Part shown: piece after piece, positions 9,740 through 19,846 of the stretch
Layout of the letters: every line of letters begins with the position of its first letter
Position numbering within the stretch: the first letter of the stretch is position 1
IMG/VR virus record: IMGVR_UViG_3300025913_000025
Location: 32,001-96,000 of that record
DNA length: 64,000 bases
Reading direction: 5' to 3' (one strand)
From: a virus
Translations under genes and position numbers: made by a program
The notes under the pieces: model-generated
Database searches by the model: none
The model's input: only the letters and a program-made list of their open reading frames with translations
Told to the model about the DNA's origin: nothing

Positions 9740-10274
9740 CTTCCTGAAGACGACGGTCGCGTTTGCGGGAATCCCTCTGATCGCTTCGCCGTCTGCGGCG
9801 GGACCGGTCATCGAACCGCCGAAGAGGCCGAATCGTTATCGACCGGCCGACGTCCAGGCGCTTCTTCCCAAGCCTGGCAAGACGAACGTCATGGCGAGGA
9901 TCCACACCGATTACCTCGATGATCAGGACCAAGTGGTCCTCATTGATGGACTGCGTCTCTGCGAATTCCACGAACTTGCAAGGGTGGTGACGCCTTCCCC
10001 GGAACTCGGCAATCATGGTTGGGAAATCCTTGGGAAATGCCTCTGGATTTCCCAGAGTGAAAAATCTCTGACGGTGGGACTCGTGCTCACAGAAGTCCCC
10101 TATTTTCTCGCATGCGAAAACCAACTTGATGTCGCGCTCGGCTTCAGATCGCACGAATCTTCACCACCGACCCCGGACGAATGCCGACGATTCGAGAACT
10201 ACGGCGTTCCCAAGGCAATTCACCGACGCTGGGAATTGCTCGAGTTGATCCTGGTCCCGATTGAGGAGGACTAG
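9717..10274 (+). CDS. hypothetical protein with twin-arginine (Tat) signal
   Basis: N-terminus NRRDFLK, hydrophobic stretch, SAA. Confidence 0.6.
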   Translation: MTDPNRRDFLKTTVAFAGIPLIASPSAAGPVIEPPKRPNRYRPADVQALLPKPGKTNVMARIHTDYLDDQDQVVLIDGLRLCEFHELARVVTPSPELGNHGWEILGKCLWISQSEKSLTVGLVLTEVPYFLACENQLDVALGFRSHESSPPTPDECRRFENYGVPKAIHRRWELLELILVPIEED

Positions 10275-10279
10275 AAGCG

Positions 10280-10678
10280 ATGGCGAGCTTCCTCTGTTTC
10301 ATCCTGTTCGTGGCCTTCGTGCTCACGTTCTACATCGCCTGCTGGCTGTTCGGCGAGCGCGGTCGTTTGATGACGAAGCTCGATGTCGAGCGAACATGGC
10401 CGACAGCACTTCAACAGGTCATCGATGTTCCGATGGCAGGCGGTCCCGCCGATGGCGCGACTCAAAAGATCAATCTCCTGGCGAGCGTCATAAACCTGCC
10501 GATTGTCAGGGTCCGCAGCATGATGGAGCAGCCGATCTGCACGATCTGGACAGCCGAATCCGCGCCGGCGGTTGAGATTCCGGAGGGCGTGCAGGTCGAG
10601 CATGGCCACGCGGTTTACGAGCGCCATGTCGAATACCGTTTCAAAGAACTGAAGGGAGCATCGATTGAAAGCAAGTGA
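10280..10678 (+). CDS. membrane-anchored hypothetical protein
   Basis: N-terminal TM helix; SD GAGGAGG. Confidence 0.65.
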   Translation: MASFLCFILFVAFVLTFYIACWLFGERGRLMTKLDVERTWPTALQQVIDVPMAGGPADGATQKINLLASVINLPIVRVRSMMEQPICTIWTAESAPAVEIPEGVQVEHGHAVYERHVEYRFKELKGASIESK

Positions 10679-10979
10679 ACTGCTTTGCCCGATCGAACCG
10701 TTGACGAACGTCGTGGTCGTCAAGCGGATGCAAGAAGAGACGATCACCGCAGGCGGGATCATCATCCCCGAGGTCTCCCGCGAGAAGCCCGCCAAGGGAG
10801 TCGTGATCGCGAGCGGCCCGGGCACGTTGCTCCCGACCGGTCACATCGAGCCGACCGGCGTTGAGTACGGCGATACCGTCCTCTTCGGCAAGTACAGCGG
10901 CACCGAGATCGAGGTCTTCGGCGAGCGCCTCCTCTTGATCCGCGCCGAGCACCTCCTTGCCACGGAATCGGAGGACTGA
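10665..10979 (+). CDS. groES: co-chaperonin GroES
   Basis: PLTNVVVVKR..EETITAGGIIIP..EKPAKGVVIASGPG, GDTVLFGKYSGTEI. Confidence 0.95.
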   Translation: MKASELLCPIEPLTNVVVVKRMQEETITAGGIIIPEVSREKPAKGVVIASGPGTLLPTGHIEPTGVEYGDTVLFGKYSGTEIEVFGERLLLIRAEHLLATESED

Positions 10980-11488
10980 TGGCGACCCGACTCAAACGGC
11001 TCGTGCGCAAGGTCGTTTCGACCCACGCCAAGGACGTGGCGAGACTCCGGGCCCTGCTCAACAAGAACGGTTACGATGCGGACGATCTCGAGATCGAGGC
11101 CGCCTATATCGCGTGGAGTCGATCGCTACCACGTCCGTCCGAGTGGCATTCCCTCTCGTACATGACTAACGAAGCAACGTTGTTGAAGGTCCTGCTCGAC
11201 GTGATGATCGTGGAACCCGAGCAGGAATTTGTTGAAACCCCGATCGCGCTCCACACGTCCAGTTCGGGCGCGGAGCTACCGAAGGAGAGCAACCGTGCAG
11301 AAGCCAGCCAAAAACAAGATGACCGGAGCCGCACCGAAGACCAAGGCCGCGGCCGCGCCGGCGCCCAAAGCGTCGCCCGCCTCCGGGAAGAAAAACGCCG
11401 CCGCGCCGGCAAAGGGAAAGAAAGCGAAGTGAAGGCGACCGAGTCGGCTCAGGTCGATGACTTCGAAGATGAAGATGAGGACGACTGA
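10979..11488 (+). CDS. hypothetical protein with acidic C-terminus
   Basis: TGATG coupling to groES, SD GGAGG. Confidence 0.65.
   Translation: MATRLKRLVRKVVSTHAKDVARLRALLNKNGYDADDLEIEAAYIAWSRSLPRPSEWHSLSYMTNEATLLKVLLDVMIVEPEQEFVETPIALHTSSSGAELPKESNRAEASQKQDDRSRTEDQGRGRAGAQSVARLREEKRRRAGKGKESEVKATESAQVDDFEDEDEDD
11295..11432 (+). CDS. nested Lys/Ala/Pro-rich histone-H1-like peptide (45 aa)
   Basis: AAGGAG SD then GTG in the +1 frame; KTKAAAAPAPKASPASGKKNAAAPAKGKKAK. Confidence 0.5.
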   Translation: MQKPAKNKMTGAAPKTKAAAAPAPKASPASGKKNAAAPAKGKKAK

Positions 11489-11502
11489 CCGGATCAAACC
11501 GG

Positions 11503-11982
11503 TCAGAACAACTCGCCTTGAGTGCGCCGCTCCGATTGCTTCGGGCGGCGTTTCTTTTTGGTCGCTTCCAGACCAGGTCCCGGCATCGACACGGGGACAA
11601 CATACTCACGCCATGCCTTGCGGAGCCGGTTCCGAAAGATCGCGCCCAGAATCGCCTTTGGCATCTTGTGGAGCTGGAGCTCGACCATTCGGTCGAAGAC
11701 TTCGACGATCGCCTCGGCGCTCTTGCCTTCGGTGATGACTCGCGTCACCTGCTGGATGTTCTTGAAGATCCAGTAGTCGTCGAGCAGCAGCAGCGAGAGT
11801 TCCACGCCGGCCGCATTCGCCGCGGCCTGCCGCGCGCCGCGCGCCAGGTTTATGTTCGCCACGGTCTCCAGCAACGAACAGAGCGTGCCGGTGTACGGCG
11901 ATTCATCCGTGGCTTCTTTGGCGAGGTAGAGGAAGTCCGGAATCGGACCCTGCGGTTTCCGCCGTGGCCGTTTCTTCGTCAT
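11503..11982 (-). CDS. hypothetical protein
   Basis: 159-aa ORF, SD GAGG. Confidence 0.6.
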   Translation of the reverse strand: MTKKRPRRKPQGPIPDFLYLAKEATDESPYTGTLCSLLETVANINLARGARQAAANAAGVELSLLLLDDYWIFKNIQQVTRVITEGKSAEAIVEVFDRMVELQLHKMPKAILGAIFRNRLRKAWREYVVPVSMPGPGLEATKKKRRPKQSERRTQGELF

Positions 11983-11994
11983 TGCGCCCTCGGC

Positions 11995-12054
11995 AAAAAG
12001 AAATCCCCGGGCCGACCGAACCCTTGGAGAAGAAGAGTTCGGCCAGCCCAGGGG
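11995..12054 (-). terminator. intrinsic terminator-like hairpin
   Basis: CCCCGGGCCGACCGAAC/GTTCGGCCAGCCCAGGGG followed by U-run on minus strand. Confidence 0.5.
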
Positions 12055-12072
12055 AAAGAATCCGCGTGAAGT

Positions 12073-12339
12073 TCAGTCTGGATCAACATGGTTCCCGTGT
12101 AGCATGAAGCAGGTTTGATCGCCCGGATTCAATTCAAGCGAATGTTCTTCTCCGCGTTCCAACCAGCCCATTTCTTGCTCAGTCACAAATACCTGCGATG
12201 CTTCGGTCGTCTTGGCCTTCATCAGCCAGAAGCCGATCGTGCCCCAACGGAAACCGGGGATTCCGACCAAATGCCAAGACTCATCGTCCACGTCGATCAT
12301 TGCGCCGAAGGTGTACTTTCGGAAGTTTGCGAGACGCAA
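12073..12339 (-). CDS. hypothetical protein
   Basis: 88-aa ORF with GAGGGG SD. Confidence 0.55.
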   Translation of the reverse strand: MRLANFRKYTFGAMIDVDDESWHLVGIPGFRWGTIGFWLMKAKTTEASQVFVTEQEMGWLERGEEHSLELNPGDQTCFMLHGNHVDPD

Positions 12340-12464
12340 CTCTCAACCCCCTCTTGGATTCGACGCAAGCCTATGGAACAATAGGCACATCGGGTTTCGG
12401 ATCAACGTAAGATAACGAAGGCCGAATTCGATGGAAATCATAAGCCAGTGAGACGAAGTAGTCA

Positions 12465-13792
12465 ATGGCAACTATCGATCTCATTACCCCCGATACTTTC
12501 GCGAGCGGATGGGCGACCGCCGACGTTGCGCTCAGCGATGCCGATCAGAACTACCTACCGCTTCTTATCACGGCCGCGTCCGAAGGGATTCAGCGCTGGC
12601 TCAATCGGTGGATCAACGTCCGCGACTACATCGAGATCCGGCAGCCGATCCCCGGACAATGGGACAAGCCGGACCCCGATTATATCGGTTTGAGCTGGTT
12701 CCCGCTCCGGCCCTCCGCGCTTAATCCGAGCTTGAGTTGCCGGACCAACCGCTCGTCCGCAGTGTTCATCTCGAACCAGGGGAACACGAACGTTCAGGAT
12801 GCCTGGTTCTCACTCTACACGATCGGCGAGCCGGACTTCGGCCTTCCTACGCCGGCAGGGATCACGGTCTCCTCTGTCTCGAGCGGCATCCAGACCGACA
12901 ACACGTTCCCCTTCTTTGGAGTCCCCCTCGCGACCGGGTTTTCAGTGGTCGCCTCTGGTACCGGGGGAACGATCCCGACCGGGACCTATCAGGTCGCCTA
13001 CTCGAATCTCAACGGTGCCGGGGAGTCGGTACCGTCTGCGACGAGAAGCGTTGCCGTGACGCTCGGTCAACAACTCATCGCCACGTTCCCGACCCTGATC
13101 CTCAGGCGCTCTCGAGGAACCTCTACGTTTCGACGACGAACGGCAGTTCGGCGACGATGACGGTCCAGAACTCGGCGCCGATCACCGATACCCGATACGC
13201 CGCGAACGCGCTAGTCTCAGGAGCCGCTCCGCAGACGGCGAACTATGCCACGCTCGGCCAGCTCGCGACCGCGATCAACAACTTGGGCAACGGCTGGACC
13301 GCGCAGATCCAGGGACCGACCACGACGTTCGGCGAGTGGTCAACCGCCGATGTCTGGGCTTCGTGCGGAACGCAGGTGGGTTGTCTTTCGACTGGATTCA
13401 CGCAGGGCCTCGATGTGTTCATGACCCGCATGGTCGGCGTTCAAACCGATGTCGCAGGCGGGGCCGTCTGGTTGCCAAAGGGCGCGACTCAGTATGGATC
13501 GGGACCGGGCAACGTGACTCAATGGCCGGGCAGTTGCGATATCGTGATGGGCGGTTCGAACTGGAACGGACCGGTCTTGCTGAAGTATGCAGCCGGATTC
13601 ACGACTGTCCCCGCAGCGATTCAGGATGCGTGCGTCGAACTCGTGAAGGCCATGTTCGAGCGCAAGGGGACCGACACCACGCTCAAGAGTGAGAACACGG
13701 ACCGGTACAGGCGCGAAGCGCTCGAGATGATTCCTTATCTTCCCGGACCGGTGAAGAAGGCGCTTTCGCTCTGGCGATACATCCCTGTCTGA
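12465..13792 (+). CDS. head-tail adaptor (gp6/gp15-like) with large beta-rich insertion; split by a -1 frameshift near 13093
   Basis: N-term LLITAASEGIQRWLNR in frame of 12465; C-term YAAGFTTVPAAIQDACVELVKAMF in frame of 12737. Confidence 0.75.
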
Positions 13793-13804
13793 GAAGAGGG
13801 TCCG

Positions 13805-16800
13805 ATGTCGACGCCGACAATTTGGCAAAGCCCGATCAATGGTGCGCAGGCCGCGCTCGCCGCGAAGTATACGGTCGGGCTCGGATCAATGGTGATCACG
13901 AAGGGATACGGCGACGTGATCCGGCAGAAGCTCCTCGATCTGGGCTTGCCGTCGATCTCGCCGTCAGCGCCGCTCGCGTACACGATCACGTCGAAGACTC
14001 AGCCCTCGACGCTTGCGACCTACGAAGCGATCTATCAGGCAACTGGACTCACTGATGATACTCTGAGCGGAGTCAGCACGATCGAGGGTTCGATCGACCA
14101 GGCGTTCTCGATCGGCAGCAAGTTCGCGGTGAATCTGACTGCCGGCCAGATCGCGTTGATACAGACAGCGATCAACGCCGTCGAGACAGGCAAAGCGCCC
14201 CTCATCGCGCCCACGTTCACTGGCCAGGTTTCTGTTCAAGCGCCGACCGCGTCGACCCTCCTTCAGAGGTGGTTGGACAGCAACGGTTCCATGGTCGCCA
14301 CGATTGACAACGCCGGGTCCAATCTCGGAACGGCAGAACTCACGATCCTCGGTATCGCCAACGCCGGGATTCAGGACCTGGGTGGCCAGGTCGTCAACGT
14401 CAAGAATCCCGCCTATGGCTGCACTGGCAATGGCACGACGGATGACGCGCCCGCGCTCCGGCTGGCAATCACCAAAGCGGCGGCAATCGGCGGGACCGTG
14501 TTTTTCCCGAATGGAACGTTTCTGCTCAAGAGCCAGATCACGATTCCCAGTAACGTGACATTTCAAGGCGCCGGTCCCGGCAGCGTGATTCAGGGCGATG
14601 GGACATTTCAGGTCCTATTCGACGTCACCGCAGTCAGTAACGTCCAGTTCGTTTCGCTGAAACTGAACGGCGGAGCCAGCGTCGGCATTTACATCGATAC
14701 CTCGTCACACATCAGCGTAACGAATTGCGAGATCGATAACTTCACCCGCGTTCGCGACACGCTCTACACGTCGGGAATCCTGCTCAACGCGGCAAGCAAC
14801 GTCCTGATTCGCGGCAATAAATTCTCGGGATGCGGGTACAACGCCGGACCGGGAACGGCCGCGAACGGGACCATCGTTTTCAAGGACAACGCAACGACTG
14901 ACTGCACGAACGTCACGGTTTCCGAGAACGCGATTTTCAACGCCGGACTCTTCGCGATTTGCGGATTCGATATCTCGGAATGCAAGATTCTCGATAACTA
15001 TATAGATCAAGGAAACATCGGCAATACAGACTACAATAACGGATATGGCATCCTTGCATACGACGCGCAACACGCATTGCCGGGTCGGAACTTCGTCAAG
15101 AACAACCTGATCCGAGGCAACTTCGTCACTACCTGTTATGGGACCGGGATTTACTGCGTCGTCGGAATCGACAACACGATCGCGCACAACATCGTTGTCA
15201 ACAGCGCTCTGACGATGGATTCGTCCAGCCTGCGGCAAGGCGGAATCGTCGCCAATGAGTCCGTGCGGACCATCATCGACGGCAACCACGCGATCAACAT
15301 CGGCGGCGCCCAGCTCAATCTCGTGTCGGGGATCGCGAGCCTCGTGGGCACGGGTGACATGGTGACGAATAACACGATCGATAATGTTCCCACATCTGGA
15401 GGCGACGGATTCTATTGCGGGGGCACCGGCGAGGTAGTCACCATTACGGTCGGCGGCACGGTGGCCGATAACACAATCACAAATTGCGGTCAACATGGCT
15501 TGCATTTTGATATCACTCCCGACAAGACCGGGCTCATCATCGAAGGGAACAGCGTCACGTCGGTCGCTGGAGTCGGGATGCGATGCGGCCAGTTGATCCG
15601 ATGCCTGATCAAAGGGAACTCGATCACCGACTTTGGCGACGGCCAACAAGGGTTTCTGAGTGCCGGCACAGGCAGCGGCACCAATCGATGTGTGTTCGAG
15701 GGTAACATCGTCGTCACGACCGTCTCGAATTCTGGCCGGGCGTTCTCGTTCGCGAACGCGCGAAACCAGTTTATCAACAACGTGGTCATCGGCGCGGGGA
15801 TCCTTGCGACCGGGTTCTACGACACCACCAACCTGTCCTCTGAGCCGAACATCTATTCCGGGAACCGGTGCATTGTCGGGGTGACGAATCCGTTCAGTTT
15901 TCTCGGTCAGGTGAGCTGCCTGAACGGAAACTACAACACGGGGGCCGGCGCGCCGGTCACGACTCCGTTCATTCTCGGCGAGGATTACTACGACTCCACC
16001 AACGAAGTCTGGTACACGTCCAAGGGCACGTCCTCAGCGGCGGACTGGGTTGCTTACGTTTCGGCGATCGCGCCCACGCTCACCGGGCAGGTCATCGTGC
16101 AGGCCGCGGCGGCATCGACCTTGCTCCAGCAATGGAACGACAATGCTGGAAACCCGATTGCGGCGATCAATAATTCCGGCGCGGTCGGAGTCGGCACCGC
16201 ACAGCTCGGCATCGGCACCGCGAACCCCTTGCGTCCGCTTCATATCATGGCGGCGGACATCGGCGCGGGAACGTACATCGCGCTCGACAACACCGATACG
16301 ACCCACAATAACAACGGATCGATTATCGCGTGGACAACGACCACAACCGGCGTTGGAGGAGCCGCGTTTAAAGGCTATGCGTCAATCACGGGAAAGATCC
16401 TCACGCACGATCAACCGACGCTGGCCAGCACTCTTACCTATCTCACGGCGAACGGTTCCGGTGCATTCAATACATACTTGATGGACCAGTTCGGCGCTTT
16501 CACGATTCCGGGGAACGTCTACGCGACGGTGCGCGACAATGGAGGCGCCGATTTCGACGTTAAGCATCCCACCTACGGATGCAAATGCGATGCGATGAGC
16601 GCCATTGCAACGGGCATCACGCTCAACTCACCTACGATCACGATGACCGTGCCGACCTCGGGAGATGTCGGCACGGCAATCTCGGTTCCCGGCGCGGGCA
16701 CTGCGGGCGCTACGCTGGCGACGACGATAAGTGCTGTAAATGGCACCCTGATTACGCTCGCGAGTCCCATCGTTACGACCGTCAGGACCGCGATCATTAC

Positions 16801-18781
16801 CTACGGCGCCAGCTCTTTGACAGCCGTGGCAACCAATGTAGTGGCCGGATCGACTCTGAGCGTGGTGGTGCCAACTTCGGCCGACGCCGGCAAGACGATT
16901 TCGATTCCCGGCGCTGGCACGGCGGGCGCCGCACTGGTCACCACGATCAGCACTGTATCGGGCACCACGATCACGCTTGCCGCGAATTGCCTTGCGACCA
17001 TCGCCTCGGCCACTGCGCTGTACGGCACCGACGACACGACGCACTTCCGCAACGCGATCACGGCGGCGGCGGCGGTAAGCGGAACCGTGCTCGTGCCAAC
17101 CGGCAACATGCTCATCGCGTCTCTGATCACCTTGCCGTCCAACATCGCGGTCATGGGCACCGGGCCGGGATCAATGATCACGGGAACCAGCGGACTCGAG
17201 GTGCTGATCTCGCTGAACGGCTCGACAGGCGTACGGATACGCAACCTCACGCTCAACGGCGGTGCCAGCGTGGGAATCTTCGCGACGGCGTGCAGCAACT
17301 TCCTGATCGATAACTGCGTCATCAATAATTTCAACCGCGTCCGCGATACGCTCTATACCTCGGGAATCCTGCTCAACGCAGCAACGATCGGCTGGATCCA
17401 GAAGTGCCAGTTCGCGAACAATGGCTACGGCGGCGCTGGCGCGATCACCAATGGCGCGATCGTCTTCAAGGACAACCCGACGACCGATTGCACATTCATC
17501 AATGTAGTGTTCAATGAAATCGTCGGAGCGGGCCTCTACGGAATCTGCGGCTTCGACGTGTCCGACTGCAAGTTCATTTCAAACACGATCAATCAGGGCA
17601 ACGTTGGGACCACCGACTACAACAACGGTTACGGAATCCTGGTCTACGACGCGCAGCACGCTTCAGGACGCAATTATGTGTTTCGGAACGTCGTCGCGTT
17701 CAACAACGTCTCGAACTGCTACGGGACGGGCATCTATCTCGTCGTCGGTATCGACAACATCATCGCCCACAACATCGTGAAGAGCGTCGCCTTGACGATG
17801 GATTCGTCGAGCCTGCGGCAAGGCGGAATCATCGCCAACGAATCCGTCAATACGATTATCGATGCGAATGAAGTCGATACCGTGGGCGGCGCACAGGTTA
17901 ACCAGGTTGCCGGGATCGCGTCACTGATCGGCACGAATGACGAGATCACCAATAACCGGATCGCAAACGTCACGGCAACAGCCGGAGACGGAATCAACGT
18001 GGGCGGATCGGGTGAAGTCGTCACGTCCACCGTGGGCGGCAGGTACAGCGGAAACTCGATCAAGACCGTTGGCCGATACGGAATGAACTTCGACACGTCC
18101 ACGGCTAAGGTCGATCTCGTCGTCGAATCAAACTACGTGCAGAGTTGCGGCTCGATCGGCTACTTTATCAACAACGTTCAATACAGTCAGTTCAACCACA
18201 ACAAGGTACGTGACTTCGGTGCTGGGTCTCAGGGCTTCTTGATCGGGTCGTCCTCCTCGACGACCAACGTCTCGCTAAACGGCTGCGAGGCCGAGATTAC
18301 GAGCACGAACTCGGGACGTGGGTTTCAGATCGCAACCGGTCCCAACACGGTCAATAGTTGCGTTGCGTCCGGCATCGGCGCGGCGCTCAGCGTGGGCTTC
18401 CTCGACCAATCGAACACGACACCGCCTGTCGTTTGGACGGGCTATAGCTACACGCGCGGAACGGTCACGACGCCGTTCAGTCGATCCGGTCAGCAATCAT
18501 GCCTAGACAGCATGTACAATTCGGGCGCCGGCGCGCCCGCGACCACTCCCAGAGTCGTCGGCGAGAAGTATCTCGACACAACCAATAAGCAATTCTACAT
18601 TGCCGTTGGCACGAGCGCCGCGACGGACTGGGCACCGTCCGACACTCCGCTTCTCACGGGTACCGCGGCTCCGGCAACGACGCCGTTCCGGCTCAACCTG
18701 ATGTTTCTCGACACGACCAACAAGAAGGCCTACGTGTCCATGGGAGTGGCCTCGTCGGCAGACTGGGTGTTACTCAATTGA
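13805..18781 (+). CDS. virion spike/depolymerase with two tandem pectate-lyase-like parallel beta-helix modules
   Basis: VNVKNPAYGCTGNGTTDDAPAL..GGTVFFPNG and a second copy; Asn/Ile/Gly ladder repeats. Confidence 0.85.
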   Translation: MSTPTIWQSPINGAQAALAAKYTVGLGSMVITKGYGDVIRQKLLDLGLPSISPSAPLAYTITSKTQPSTLATYEAIYQATGLTDDTLSGVSTIEGSIDQAFSIGSKFAVNLTAGQIALIQTAINAVETGKAPLIAPTFTGQVSVQAPTASTLLQRWLDSNGSMVATIDNAGSNLGTAELTILGIANAGIQDLGGQVVNVKNPAYGCTGNGTTDDAPALRLAITKAAAIGGTVFFPNGTFLLKSQITIPSNVTFQGAGPGSVIQGDGTFQVLFDVTAVSNVQFVSLKLNGGASVGIYIDTSSHISVTNCEIDNFTRVRDTLYTSGILLNAASNVLIRGNKFSGCGYNAGPGTAANGTIVFKDNATTDCTNVTVSENAIFNAGLFAICGFDISECKILDNYIDQGNIGNTDYNNGYGILAYDAQHALPGRNFVKNNLIRGNFVTTCYGTGIYCVVGIDNTIAHNIVVNSALTMDSSSLRQGGIVANESVRTIIDGNHAINIGGAQLNLVSGIASLVGTGDMVTNNTIDNVPTSGGDGFYCGGTGEVVTITVGGTVADNTITNCGQHGLHFDITPDKTGLIIEGNSVTSVAGVGMRCGQLIRCLIKGNSITDFGDGQQGFLSAGTGSGTNRCVFEGNIVVTTVSNSGRAFSFANARNQFINNVVIGAGILATGFYDTTNLSSEPNIYSGNRCIVGVTNPFSFLGQVSCLNGNYNTGAGAPVTTPFILGEDYYDSTNEVWYTSKGTSSAADWVAYVSAIAPTLTGQVIVQAAAASTLLQQWNDNAGNPIAAINNSGAVGVGTAQLGIGTANPLRPLHIMAADIGAGTYIALDNTDTTHNNNGSIIAWTTTTTGVGGAAFKGYASITGKILTHDQPTLASTLTYLTANGSGAFNTYLMDQFGAFTIPGNVYATVRDNGGADFDVKHPTYGCKCDAMSAIATGITLNSPTITMTVPTSGDVGTAISVPGAGTAGATLATTISAVNGTLITLASPIVTTVRTAIITYGASSLTAVATNVVAGSTLSVVVPTSADAGKTISIPGAGTAGAALVTTISTVSGTTITLAANCLATIASATALYGTDDTTHFRNAITAAAAVSGTVLVPTGNMLIASLITLPSNIAVMGTGPGSMITGTSGLEVLISLNGSTGVRIRNLTLNGGASVGIFATACSNFLIDNCVINNFNRVRDTLYTSGILLNAATIGWIQKCQFANNGYGGAGAITNGAIVFKDNPTTDCTFINVVFNEIVGAGLYGICGFDVSDCKFISNTINQGNVGTTDYNNGYGILVYDAQHASGRNYVFRNVVAFNNVSNCYGTGIYLVVGIDNIIAHNIVKSVALTMDSSSLRQGGIIANESVNTIIDANEVDTVGGAQVNQVAGIASLIGTNDEITNNRIANVTATAGDGINVGGSGEVVTSTVGGRYSGNSIKTVGRYGMNFDTSTAKVDLVVESNYVQSCGSIGYFINNVQYSQFNHNKVRDFGAGSQGFLIGSSSSTTNVSLNGCEAEITSTNSGRGFQIATGPNTVNSCVASGIGAALSVGFLDQSNTTPPVVWTGYSYTRGTVTTPFSRSGQQSCLDSMYNSGAGAPATTPRVVGEKYLDTTNKQFYIAVGTSAATDWAPSDTPLLTGTAAPATTPFRLNLMFLDTTNKKAYVSMGVASSADWVLLN

Positions 18782-19209
18782 GCTACGGCGATCCCTACAA
18801 CACGACGGTCTACAACGCGCCGCAGCCGGGATCGACGCTCACCCCGAGCGGTCGGTATGGCTATGGTCCGAGCCGGTACATCTATCGGAACCAGGTCGAT
18901 CTCTACGCCCGGATTGCGGCGAAGGATCGCGAGAAGGCGACGATCGGTGCGCTCTACGAACTGGTGGCGTCTTCCGTGCCATGCTCGGTCCAGCCCGGGG
19001 ATATCATGACCAGGTACACCCCCGATGAAAAGATCGAGCAGTTCATCCCCTACGAGATTTACTTCCGGACGAACCCGGCGCAGGGTCAATACAACATGGT
19101 CAACTGGATCGACGACTCGGGCGCTTCTCACGATATCGCCGTGATCGGTACGCGATCGTTGGCAGGCCGCGGCAACGTCTGGGCGATCACGGGAGAGGAG
19201 CGGATCTGA
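18778..19209 (+). CDS. putative head-closure protein
   Basis: Size, position, VPCSVQPG and terminal ITGEE pattern. Confidence 0.55.
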   Translation: MSYGDPYNTTVYNAPQPGSTLTPSGRYGYGPSRYIYRNQVDLYARIAAKDREKATIGALYELVASSVPCSVQPGDIMTRYTPDEKIEQFIPYEIYFRTNPAQGQYNMVNWIDDSGASHDIAVIGTRSLAGRGNVWAITGEERI

Positions 19210-19787
19210 TGTCGACTGCCGGACCTAATGGAGTCGGATCGGTCGGAACGAGTAATGTGATCGGAACGATCGATTGGACCGGCGCACTCAATGTTTTCGC
19301 ACCAGACGGAGTCTATGCGACGGCAGTTCTGAATTCGAGCGAGGTGAGTTACTACCTGCATGGGGCCTCGTTTGGTTTCTCGATTCCTCCGGGCGCGACG
19401 ATCAACGGGATACAACTGGACATTCTTTGCCAGGGAACAGGTACCGCACTCATTCAGGATCACTCAATTCGCCTTTATCAAGGCGGAGTTCTCACGGGAA
19501 CCGATAAGGCCGTGGGGACCACATGGCCAGTTTTTGGGGCCGAGGCATACAGGTCCTACGGAGGACCGGCCGATCTGTGGGGTGCATCATGGGGACCTTC
19601 GGACATAAACGACGTAACTTTTGGCGCGGCGATTTGCGCGATCAACAATGCGCCATCGGGCGGAATAGCTTATGTCGATTACTTTCGAATAACTGTCACA
19701 TTCACGAGCACGAACCAGGTCTCTCAGCAAGTGACCGTTGCAAGACCTCCTCAAGCCGCTTATGATTGGACGCAGAAGCCCGACTAA
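19209..19787 (+). CDS. putative virion structural protein
   Basis: FGFSIPPGATINGI...YGGPADLWG beta-sandwich pattern; TGATG coupling. Confidence 0.6.
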   Translation: MSTAGPNGVGSVGTSNVIGTIDWTGALNVFAPDGVYATAVLNSSEVSYYLHGASFGFSIPPGATINGIQLDILCQGTGTALIQDHSIRLYQGGVLTGTDKAVGTTWPVFGAEAYRSYGGPADLWGASWGPSDINDVTFGAAICAINNAPSGGIAYVDYFRITVTFTSTNQVSQQVTVARPPQAAYDWTQKPD

Positions 19788-19846
19788 TCTTACGGCGAAC
19801 CGCGAGAGCGGAACGTCTTTACCTGATAAGAGTTGAGGTTGCCCTC

